This document shows positions 14,179-25,711 of a DNA stretch of 64,000 bases, one piece after another. Position 1 is the first letter of the stretch, and each line of letters opens with the position of its first letter. The translations under genes and the position numbers were made by a program. Origin of the DNA: Bispira polyomma (lineage: Eukaryota); the NCBI GenBank assembly GCA_965649765.1, contig OZ287758.1, forward strand, positions 16,616,001-16,680,000, read 5' to 3'. The notes below the pieces were generated by a model. The model did no database searches. It saw nothing but the letters and a program-made list of their open reading frames with translations, and was not told the origin of the DNA.

Positions 14179-14182
14179 AATA

Positions 14183-14485
14183 GTCAACACTAAAGTGTAT
14201 TTACCAGTATCATGTCTGTCTACTAACATTCACCACTGAAGTGTATTCACTAGAACTGTGTCTGTCTACTAACATTCAACACTGAAGTGTATTCACTAGT
14301 ACTGTGCCTGTCTACTAACATTCAACACTGAAGTGTATTCACTAGAACTGTGCCTGTCTACTAACATTCAACACTGAAGTATATTCACTAGTACTGTGCC
14401 TGTCTACTAATAATCGACACTAAAGTGTATTCACTAGTACTGTGTCTGTCTACTAACAATCGACACTAAAGTGTATTCACCAGTA
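14183..14485. repeat. 46-bp minisatellite, ~6.5 copies, plus one displaced copy at 12262-12307
   Basis: TTCAACACTGAAGTGTATTCACTAGTACTGTGCCTGTCTACTAACA with period 46 (14229, 14275 and onward). Confidence 0.95.
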
Positions 14486-14894
14486 TGTGTATCATATGTT
14501 GTAAGGCTACTTTCCTTCAGTACCCTGATTTACCTTCATTTAAATTTTCTTACAAGGTTTAAACTAGTGGTAAATTTTATCTCAGCCAAACCTCAAACTT
14601 ATTGGTTGGAAAAAATCAACTGTATTGTAATTTGTGTTTAAAGTAACCAGAACATGTAATAAATGTAGAAGTATCTTTGGTACCCTGTAATCAATGCCAA
14701 ACATAATACCTTTTCTAGCAACAATATCTACAGTGGTGCTTATTAATATCACAAAGAATCTTGACAAAAAAAAGTTGCTGCTTTTTTCCAGTAGTTTTAG
14801 TCACTGGTAATGCATAATTGAAAGTATAATCTCAAAAACTCATACTAACATGGCAATAAATAAGGGACTGTGTAAACTTTGTATAAAGAACTAG

Positions 14895-17800
14895 TTATCA
14901 TCATTCTGCTATACAGTGGGTTACCACCCCTTCGTCAAAGTAACTATGAGCTGTTTATGAAGATTGCTTACCATATAATACACATACAGAAACAAGAAGC
15001 TATATATTATTTATTGTATATGTCAGTGGTGTGGAAGCTGTTTATGTACTCACAATCACCCTGTTTAGTAACTCTATCCACGTGTTGCAGGAGCATGCAC
15101 AGGAACTTACTTTTTAGTTGAGAGTTTAGTCCTGTCCATTGCTTTCTTCATTCAAATTTTCTTTTATTCTGTACCACCAGGAGGTTATCTTTTTATTTCT
15201 GTCTGTTGGTTTATGAATCATGTTGTCTTTTACTGATTTAACTACCCCTGTACAGGGTACAGGTGATACCGCTCACATTGCTTGCTCAAGTATTGGATTT
15301 GTACAAACTAAATTTTCCTTCTTGTTTTATGGTTTCTTTCAATGACAAAAATAATTGTACAATCTTTGAAATAATGGATACTTTTCAATAGAAAAATCCC
15401 ATATGTAATTTAATTTGCCTCATCCACGATTACTTGCAAATGATATATTCATTTACAATAAAATCATTCTAGAAATGTCCTAAGTCTCTGGTTTTACATC
15501 TTTCAGCAATATCACCATAAGAAATCGTATCTCCACCTCTGACTTTTTACCACAAACCTAAGGGTTCTATATCATTTTAATAGAAAGTGATGGTTCAACA
15601 CAGGACATACAGATACACTGGACAATCATCATTATTATTGCAACATCAATATCTTCACCTGGGTGAAATATATGTAAACAGATCACACTTATTTATTAGG
15701 CATTAAGGTTGATGATGGAATGTTTATGCTTATGCTGTTTGTCCATAGTTAAAGTTAAATAAAATGGAAACAGTTTTGCTATGTGCAGATGACACTGATT
15801 GTCATTCTGTTGTTATTTGAATATTTACGCTTATGTTGTTTGTTAATATTTTAACTATGAAAACAGTATTAAGTTTTACTATGTCCAGAAGACAGTAGGA
15901 GTTTCTATTTATAACACTGAACCTTTACATAAATATGAAGCTAGTGTATGTACATATAAAAGAGCCTGGGTGTCTGTGCTGGATTCTGTTTTCTGAATTT
16001 GACCTAGTCTGCCATTGGGCCTATCAATCCCAGTGATATCAGCTAGCTTATGGCTGTAGACCAATCCAACAGAAACTACCGGTGTCCTCCAAAAGATCCC
16101 CAGATCACCCAGGGTAATTGAGTTTCTGCCCCACTAACTAACTCTGTCCATATTTTATGGCTGTATTCAATACAATTTGACTATTGACATTGATAATTAA
16201 TGTAGATTTGTTTTTACTACTAATTAAGATGATATAATTATGCATTGTTTTACAAACCCTACACATTGCACAAATCCTCAAATAAATCAAGGAAATTTGA
16301 TGTTTAGAATTAAGTTAATGTCATTCCAGAAAAACTGTGTCAAAGAAGATGAGTGGCTATTGTTTTTCAATACAGTTCCATTCTCTGGTTGCTTTTGTTT
16401 AAAGAATAATCCTGACAAACCAGGTATCTTAAAGGAATATTACGACAATTGAGACACTCAAGCATGGTCAACACCTCCAAATCATCATAAAACTCCGTAA
16501 ATATTGCTGGTTTGGAGTTTTTTTATTCCTATTCTAACATTACATTTTAAAACTATTAGCTAATTCTTGCTAAATTGTAAAATATACCAAGTTGTTCCAG
16601 GAACATGATGTGGAAAGTGGAATCTGCTGTTCATATCTTCAAAATTGTACCATAATTTCAACCAATCAGAATCAAGGACACAAGCTTTTTAGTTTTTGTT
16701 ATTGATTATGACTAAGGTTTTATGTCTTCAGTCGCTTTTGAAATACATGTACGTGATATGACCTTGAAGGTTAAAAGGTATAATGTGGCTGTGATCTTGG
16801 GGTGAGAATCCAGATGCAGTTTGGGATAAATTTATTTTACAAATTTGTTTTTGAAGTTTATCTTAACTTTTTGTTATCCTATTCCGGGGTGGGAGCCCGA
16901 CATGTGGGGTACTTATTTGGCTAGCAAAGGGTTCTGTCTCCCAGGGCTCCTATTCAACTCTGGCACCCTAACCGTGAGATCAGATGAGTTTTGGAGACAG
17001 AACCCCCCCACACGGTGTTTGGGCTCTGACTTATCTAGAATAAATCACAAAAAGAAAATTGACTTGATGGGTGGTTGGTTGGGCTAAATTTTCGCTGTTA
17101 ACTTGCTGCTTTCAGAACTAATAATGCCAACACAATAGAAAAGGTGGGAACTTGCACAGGAATCTATGTATGTGATTAGTTTCTCATTAGCAATGCAATT
17201 GACTTTTTGGTTAGTATCCATAACAGTTTTGTGTGCTTCACTTCTGAATCAAGATACTGGAAATTGACCAGGGTTATAAGGCTGATTAGAGACTAGACCG
17301 ATTAGAGAATATTTTCTTTCACCAGACTAGACTTCGCTGGGTCTCGAATAAGGTCTGTGCCACAAAGATTACCTGGACATTATAGAAGATTACTATAACA
17401 AAAATTTGATATCCTAGAATATTCGAAGTGAAGATTTCTGTAAAAAAAGAATGACAATAATAAATATTTCTATTTTATTAATTTTATTTAAGTGACTTGT
17501 GTTATACAACCAACCAAGAACAACTGTAACATCAACATCCAGCCCATAACAGGGCTTATTATGTCACTCCCAACTTTGGAAAATTTATATGTGTACTAAA
17601 ACAATAAAGAAACTGCTTATAGCTTTAAAGAAAAATTCAGAGGATTTATATTTTAAAAGACACTGTCATCGTTACATTTGTATTTTTTCATATAATTGTT
17701 GTTTGCTTTTGCCTTTAAAAAGGTGGACTAGTGACACAAATATTTTAGACTTTTGAGAGAATATTTGGAGGTCTACTGAAAAGTAGTTTCATGAACACTG

Positions 17801-20600
17801 TAATTTACTGGCAATTTTTGGGGCAGTAATCTACAACATGACAAAGCAATCAGAAAATCAGTTGTGACAGCCCACACAAATATGAGTCTGCAAGGTTTTT
17901 CATATTTCGTCCATAATCCCCAAGAAAATAACACAATTTAATAGAATTGGTAAAAGCAAAGGAAATCCATCAGGGACGAGAGAACACAATATTTTGCTTC
18001 TCAGAGAATCCAGTTTCACACATTAGTAATGTAATTGTATAGGGAGGAGAAAATATAGGCCTCTGATTGTTAGTACTGGGAGTTTCTGTGTGGATTGTCC
18101 TAGTTTTATGAATCACAGGGGAAAAACGTTCCACTATAAATGTTATATTTGTAAAAACAAATTTTTTTTTAAACTCGACTAAAGTTCCAGAAAACGTGTT
18201 TACTAAAAGTCTGAGGTTATAGTAAAAAAACTGACGTATAAATATTTATGTTAATTTGTGTGACTTTAATGAGAGATACACACATATATGATACAAAGAG
18301 TCATTAAAAAGGGTACTAACTGGTGTACAAAACTATAAGTATATTCTTGATTAAACACAGCCAGCAGCAGTAACTGGTACTTCCCTGGGGAAAGACAGTG
18401 GATGACCATTTTACAATTTTTGTCAATAAAAATAAGCCGATGTGCAAATACAAATATGTACTCTTTTTGTGACTTCAGTGAGTGATATACACAAAATATT
18501 GGCACAAAACAAACTTTAGTGATGGATTACTAAAAATAACTTTCAAGACTGACATTTGAAAAAAATCCTACAGAAAAAAATTATATAGCAAACAGTGATA
18601 AACGTGTGTACTAAAACTCATGTTGTTATATATAGACTGGTGTTAATGTGTACTGGTCGCCAGACCCTTTCTTGTTATATATACACAACTCCAGGCCATT
18701 CAGTGTGAGGGAGACATTTACAACTCACAGGGATGATACTGCCTGTGTACATAATAAACAAAAAACACCTTGACATTTATCACATACAGGAACATTACTT
18801 ATAATTAGTAGTAAACTGGTAGATTTCACTGTCTGGAGTTAAAATTGCTTTAAGTACAATTAGGAAGGGGTTAAAATTCACTGTCTGAAGTAAAGATGTG
18901 AAATAGTAACCCAATTACAATGAACCTGTGTTATATTTGTAAAAAGGGCAGTATCCAACAGGATTTTGTTGATCAAATACAGCCAGCAGCAGTAACTGAT
19001 ACTTCTCTGGGGGAAGATAGTGGATAACCAAGGTTTTTCGCCTGTCACTAATGATAGTACATATCAAGAGTGGCTAAAATATGATCCACTGGGCACATTT
19101 TGTGGGCTGTATTATATATCATTATATGTCACTGTCATGTTCTACCTATGGCTTGGGGGCAGTGGTGACCTAGTAATATAACAAGCCTGTTACCTCTGAG
19201 GACAGTGGGTTTGAATGTTGTTCAAGATGTTAAAAATGATAACTTCGATTCTGGGCCCATGCTCATATGCCACATTAGAATTAAATGCATAACATTTCTA
19301 AGGCGTTGTCTAATTCTACAACTGAATTAAATAAGACCTTGTCATTAGAACAAATGTATTACAATGTATTGCCTCTATATTTTATAACATTAAATGACCT
19401 TTATCAAGCCCACTTTTTTTTCTGTCCATTTTTAACAGTTATCCAATGATTGCGCACAGGTTAGATAGTCCCCACGAAAGTGTAGTAATAAGTACAATAA
19501 AACACAACTGCTGTGTACACAGCTCTCAAACAACACAAAACTTTACAGAAAACTTCTACCATTTCCTGGTGGACTTACATTGACATTCTTTTAAGATGTT
19601 TATCATTACATTTACTTGTATTTAGTGTTACTTTAATTTAATTTCTAGGAAAACAAAGCTTAGTACATGACTGATTTACATTCCATTAAGAAAATTTGGA
19701 AAAGATTTTTGCCAGTTCGAATCAGACTTGTAGCTATCTATATATCTTATTTTTTAAAGTTTCCTCAAACCAAGACCCGATAATCAGCAGATAAAGAACC
19801 CTATGTCCGGACTTTAACACAATTTATGTGTCATTTATTGCATTAATAAAAACCCATTATTGCATGTAGTAAGATTACACATCAATAACAGCTCTATAAT
19901 GGAGGTAGCTGTAAATTACTATAACTGTTTGTCTTGCAGCAATTTGGTGCTGTTAACATATCTCTGAATAGCCTGTTGATCAGTAAGCATGCCATGTTTT
20001 ATATTTCGAAATGTTTTGTGTAAATTGTAACCTTTTAACCAAATTTTTCATGAAGTTGTTTTAAATTTATGTAATATTTGTTCTTACTTGAAGAATTGTA
20101 TTAACAAGAAATAATGGGTCAAGAAGAGCTAGTCATAATGCTATTTCTTGTGTACACTTGAGAGTTGACACTTTACATACATGTATTTACTTGGGGTTCT
20201 ATCCTTTCTCAGTGTGAAATCCTGAAGTCAGTTTTCTGAGTATCTCTGTATCACCCAGTGGCCAAGTCTCTCGTAAACACAGAGTTTCATGGACCGACAA
20301 GATGACACAAATTGTACTTGATAGTCTTACTTGAATTGGATGTTATGATGTAATTTACACTAATCTTATTTGAGGTGCTTAATTGCAAATTTGGCAATAT
20401 ATGCCATTATTTGAACCGACAACTGTAGGAGGCGAGGGTTTTACCTGTGTACTTCCAAGTAATCTGTAATTTGTAGTAACTTTGAACATTCTTGGTTCAT
20501 GGTAAAGCTTATTTGAAAACCAATCCACAAAATAACTTAAAATTATAATCAGACTATAACATAATAATAACTGTAAACTGTGTGAACTTTGTTTAAAAAA
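14895..20600. repeat. Old tandem segmental duplication, copy A
   Basis: Colinear with 20608-27800: 14900~20612, 15590~22125, 16070~22595, 17220~24060, 17850~24940, 18470~25778, 19770~27078, 20085~27492. Confidence 0.9.
17780..18150 (-). pseudogene. Possible cadherin-like ectodomain remnant (paralog at ~24880-25230)
   Basis: Minus strand reads TNNQRPIFSPPYTITLLMCE (copy B: TNNQKPVFSPTCKITLAICE) and PVNYSVHETT, resembling the cadherin NDNxPxF..Y..SVxE linker; many stops. Confidence 0.3.
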
Positions 20601-20909
20601 ACTGGCAATCATCATTCTGCTGTACAGTGGGTTAACACCCTTTCCTCAAAGTAACCATGGACTGTTTATGGAGATTGCTTACCATATAATACACATACAG
20701 AAACAATAAGCTATATTATTTATTGTATATATGTCAGCTCTATGGAAGTTGTTTATGTACTCACAATCACCCTGTCTAGTTTTCTGGGAATATCCACTAT
20801 GTACAGCTGCTGCATGGTATAAGAGCTATAAATTGCAACTTTTTGTATGTAAACAGCACCACATCCCTGTGTTCTTTAGGAGGGATGTTGTGTTTTCTGT
20901 TTGAAAATA

Positions 20910-21330
20910 GAGTACAGTTATTTAGGTTCCTGTACATAGAGTACAGTTATCTAGGTTTCTTTACATAGAGTACAGTTATCTAGGTTTCTGTACATAGAGT
21001 ACAATTATCTAGGTTTCTGTACATAGAGTACAGTTATTTAGGTTCCTGTACATAGAATACAGTTATCTAGGTTTCTGTACATAGAGTACAGTTATTTAGG
21101 TTCCTGTACATAGAGTACAGTTATTTAGGTTGCTGTACATAGAGTACAGTTATTTAGGTTCCTGTACATAGAATACAGTTATCTAGGTTTCTGTACATAG
21201 AGTACAGTTATTTAGGTTTCTGTACATAGAGTACAGTTATTTAGGTTTCTGTACATAGAGTACAGTTATTTAGGTTTCTGTACATAGAGTACAGTTATTT
21301 AGGTTTTTGTACTAGAGTACAGTTATTGAG
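20910..21330. repeat. 29-bp minisatellite, ~14 copies (AGAGTACAGTTATTTAGGTTTCTGTACAT)
   Basis: Direct inspection; present only in duplication copy B. Confidence 0.97.
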
Positions 21331-24254
21331 GTCCAGAATAGAGAATACTAACAATGACCCTATACAAAGAGTACGGTTATTGAGGTGTGGAAGAGAGAAT
21401 AATACAGCTGATATAATAAACACAATTTACAAAAAGGCAGATGTTGGGGAACACACCTCCTTAGTGATTGATAACTGGTAGAATTTAATTTACAACTCGT
21501 CACATTACCACCATATTGTATTTATTAAAGGTGTAACTCACAGCATAGACACCCATAGTGACACATAGGTGACGCTGGTGAGAGAACTGTACATGTGATA
21601 TCAGAATATTGCACTCGTCCTTTGTACAGATACGTGGTAGTGCAGGTAGTGGAAACAGAGTAACTGAACTCTAGTTTGTAAGAGAGAACACTAATGTGTG
21701 TCCAAACCGACTTTAGTTGTACCCCAACAGAAACATCATATGTGGCTGATATCCTATTTATTTTATGGTTCCTTTCAATGACATAAGTACACGTTTTCAA
21801 AAGTTAAATCTCTATGTGTAATTTAATTTTCCTTATCCAATATTATTTACAAATGAAAACATTGGTTTGCTGCAACATCATTCTATAAATACCTGAGTCT
21901 GAGTCTGGAGGAAATCATCTCTTTACATACACCAAAACAAGTATTAAGTTCCAGATCATTTGCAGCACTTTTTGGATGAAATAGTGTTACTAAATGTATC
22001 CTTACCAAAACAATAATTACAGGATTTGCCCAAAACTCTGTATTTTCTGACTTTTACGCCATAACAAACGTCTGCTGATTAGTCAATAACTGTCCACTTG
22101 ACCCTTTTAATAGAAAGCGATTGTCCAACACAGGACATACAGATCCACTTGACAACTATCATTAACAATGTCACATCAATAGCTTCACCTGAGAAGCTAG
22201 TTCAGATATATGTAAACAGCTCAAACTTATTAGGTACTTAATAGGTATTTATGTTAATGGTAGAACATTTATACTAATGATGTTTGTCTATAGTTAAACT
22301 GGTATAAAACTATAAAAGTTTGGCAATGTGCAGATGACACTTATTGCCATTTAGGTTGATGGTTAATCATTTATTCTTATGCTGTTTGAAAACATTTGGA
22401 AGTTAAACTATGTGCAGAAGACAGCATGTGTGATCTCCATTTATAAACAGTGTACATTTAAATAGGTATGGACCCAGTGTATGTACACATAAAGCAGCCT
22501 GGATATCGGTGCTGTAATCTCTTTTCTGTATTTGACCGCTGTGTCTATCCATACCACTGATATCAGCTAACTTATGACTTCAGACCAATCTATCCAACAG
22601 AAGCTGCTGGTGTCCTCCAAAAGAACCCCCAGATCACCCGTGGTAATTGGGTTTCTGCCCTACTAACTAACTTTGTCCATATTTTATGTCTCTCTTCAAT
22701 ATTATTGACATTGGTGATTACTGTAGATTTGTTTCGACTGGTAATTAAGATGATAGAATTATGCATTTTTTTACAAACCGACTGCACATTACACAAATCC
22801 TGAAATATATCAATGGAATTTAATGTCGAGAATTAAGTTAATATCATTTCAAAAAAGCTGTTAGAACATTACAAACACTAATGTGCACAATTAAGTTAAT
22901 ATCGATAAATATTACAAAGATGACTCTTTATCTTTCCCTTTTCAACATAGATCAATCTGTATGGTTGCTGTTGTTTAAGGAATAACCCCTGACAAAGCAG
23001 GGATCTTAAGTGGCTATAAATGTAAACATATACTTTGACAAATATTACCCATATTTGTTACAATTTTATACACTGCCACTGTATTATATGTCCCAAAATA
23101 TATATTAAAACGACACGTAAACTGTATAAATTAGCATATAATTAAAATAGAAGTCATTCTTTATTATTTATGCTCATAAAAATGTAAATATGTTGTTCAT
23201 AAACCGAGTTTAAGGCAACAAAACAAAAGTTGTGCAGTTTTAGAAAAGCTAGAACACACGTAACATGGTTATCGGCAATCAGTTTATGTGTTTACGTTCA
23301 TAGCCCTTTAAAGGAATATTACAATTGGTGCAGAATAATTTCCAAATTGTTATCAAATTCCCCATATATTCCTACATTTGTAGTTACTTATTCCTACAGT
23401 CCACAATACCCCTGAGCCAAATAGGACATTATGTGAGGGTATATAATTTATTACATATATATATGTACAATTAAGTACAATCTAAACTACTATACATATA
23501 CATCTCTTGATTCCATTATACAATATTCTTTAAGTATACGTAACACTGATATAAGTTAAGGTCATCTTAAATTACTTTTTGTAATAGTAAAGTTTGGATT
23601 AAGGTGTCCCTACCTTATAAAGTTAAGTTTTGAGTTAAGTTGACCCTACCTCCAGGGACTATTTAAGTAATGAACTTAAAGTTAGTAATATTAGGAATAA
23701 AACCTAAGGTGACCTTATCTTGCACATAAACACATTAAATTTTACCTGTATAGCACATGTAAAAAATATGTAATTACCCTCTTACAGGACATGTTAAAAG
23801 TATTACCTAAATCTTGCTATATTGTAAAATCAAGTTAGTGCAGGAACATGGTGGAGGGAAGTGGTGTCTAATCGTTATATGTTCAAGATTGTACTATACT
23901 TTTAAACCAATCAGAATGGAGGATACAAACTTGTTAGGGTTTGTTATTGAAACTATGGTTTATGAAATACATATACATATGTTACTTTCACTCTATGAAG
24001 ATTATTCTTGATCTTGTCTCTCTAAACAGTAGTAATGGTCCTGAATGTGTATAACTATGACAGTTTTGTGTGTTTCACTGCTGGATCAAGATACCAACAA
24101 TTGACCAGGCATATTGGAAATTCGAAGGCTGATAAGGGTCACCATAACACACATTGGTGATTATTAATGGACTCTTTGATTCAAGAATATTTTCTTCCAC
24201 CAGACTAGATTTAATTGGGTCTTGACGAATAATACCTGGACATTATTTTATAGA

Positions 24255-24476
24255 TAAACACCAATTGGCACTACATTATGTAAACTTAATGTTGTATGAG
24301 GGCCTTTTACCCTACTAAAACAACATTTGAGCGAAAATTAAAATTTAATTGAGAATGCATCTTTAAATATTTACTTTATTAAATGCTAGAAAAAAGCTAC
24401 CACTACATTATTTTCTACCACTACATTATTAGAAAATAATGTAGTGACACTTCAATCGCAATGCTTACTGCTTGGG
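24255..24476. mobile_element. Short insertion with subterminal inverted repeats and a hairpin, flanked by a TTTTATAGA duplication
   Basis: Absent from copy A, which reads CCTGGACATTATAGAAGATT at ~17372; CACTACATTA is repeated and inverted at 24269 and 24402-24446. Confidence 0.6.
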
Positions 24477-25363
24477 TTTTATAGAAGATTAACATAACAA
24501 AACATTGACATCATAGAATATTAGTATTGAAGTGAATATTTCTGTAAGTAGAAGAATAACAATAATATATATTTAATTGTAGTAATTGTATTCTAGTCAC
24601 ATGTGTTATACAACTAAAATAAAAACAATTGTAATATCAACATCTAGTCCATACCAGGGCTTATTATAAATCACCCCAAACTTTGCAACATTTATAGGTG
24701 TGGTAAAATTAAAAAACTGTATATGGTCTCATAGCTTTGAAGACAAATTCATAGGATTATAATTTTAATATTGTTATATTTGTGTATTTCTATATGACTG
24801 TCATTATTGAGTTTTACGTTTAAGAGATGGACTAGTGACAGAAACATTTTAGAAAATATTTGGAGGTTTACTGAAAAGTAGTTTCATGGAACACTTTAAT
24901 TTACTAGCATTTTTTTCTGTAATTTACAAGATGACAAAACAATCAGAAAATCAGTTGTGACAGCCCACACAAATATGAGTCTGCAAGGTTTTTTCATATT
25001 TCTGTATTCCCCCCCAAAAAATAATACAATTTGATGGAATTATTAAAAGCAAAGGAAATGTTTTGCTCATCCGATAATTCAGTTTCACAGATTGCTAATG
25101 TAATTTTACAGGTAGGAGAAAATACAGGCTTCTGATTGTTGGTAGTGGGTGGTTCTGTGGGGAATGACTTAGTTTTATCAATCACAGGGGAAAAAAGGTC
25201 AATCATGAATGTTATATTTGTAAAACTAAAAGCTATCGAGGTACACATAGTATCTACATCTACACACAGAATTACCTAAAATGATTACCATAGAAAGAAA
25301 CACCTAAAAGACTGGCATTTACCCAAAAAATATCATACAAAGAGTCATTAACGGGTGTACTAA

Positions 25364-25711
25364 GCCTACCCTTCCTTTCAGCACATTCCGACGTTGACCG
25401 ATTTGTGTGTGTCTGATTCAATCTGACATTGGCCAATGTAACGCTTCTTTTGATCAGATATTTACTAAATATTTTAATATAAATTTTTTTTTTTTCACTT
25501 TTGATCAAAAATTGGACAGATCTTCCGATTTTCCGCTCCCTGACAGATAATATGTGTTGACTCAACAGCATCGGTCGATGTCTGATCTGATCTGTTGCAA
25601 ATATGATGAAAAGAAGCACTTAGTTAGATTACATAAGGAATTATAAAATCGGCCAATACGAGCCATTGGCCGATGTCGGCCAAGAAAAACATGCTGAAAG
25701 GAAGGGTAGGC
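25364..25711. mobile_element. PIF/Harbinger (Tourist-like) MITE
   Basis: Perfect 20-bp TIR GCCTACCCTTCCTTTCAGCA / TGCTGAAAGGAAGGGTAGGC with TAA target duplication (25361-63, 25712-14); absent from paralogous copy A. Confidence 0.9.

Noticed and set aside
20910-21330. CRISPR-like 29-bp repeats (also the 38-, 46- and 60-bp arrays)
   Set aside because: Head-to-tail units with no unique spacers, no cas genes, eukaryotic context
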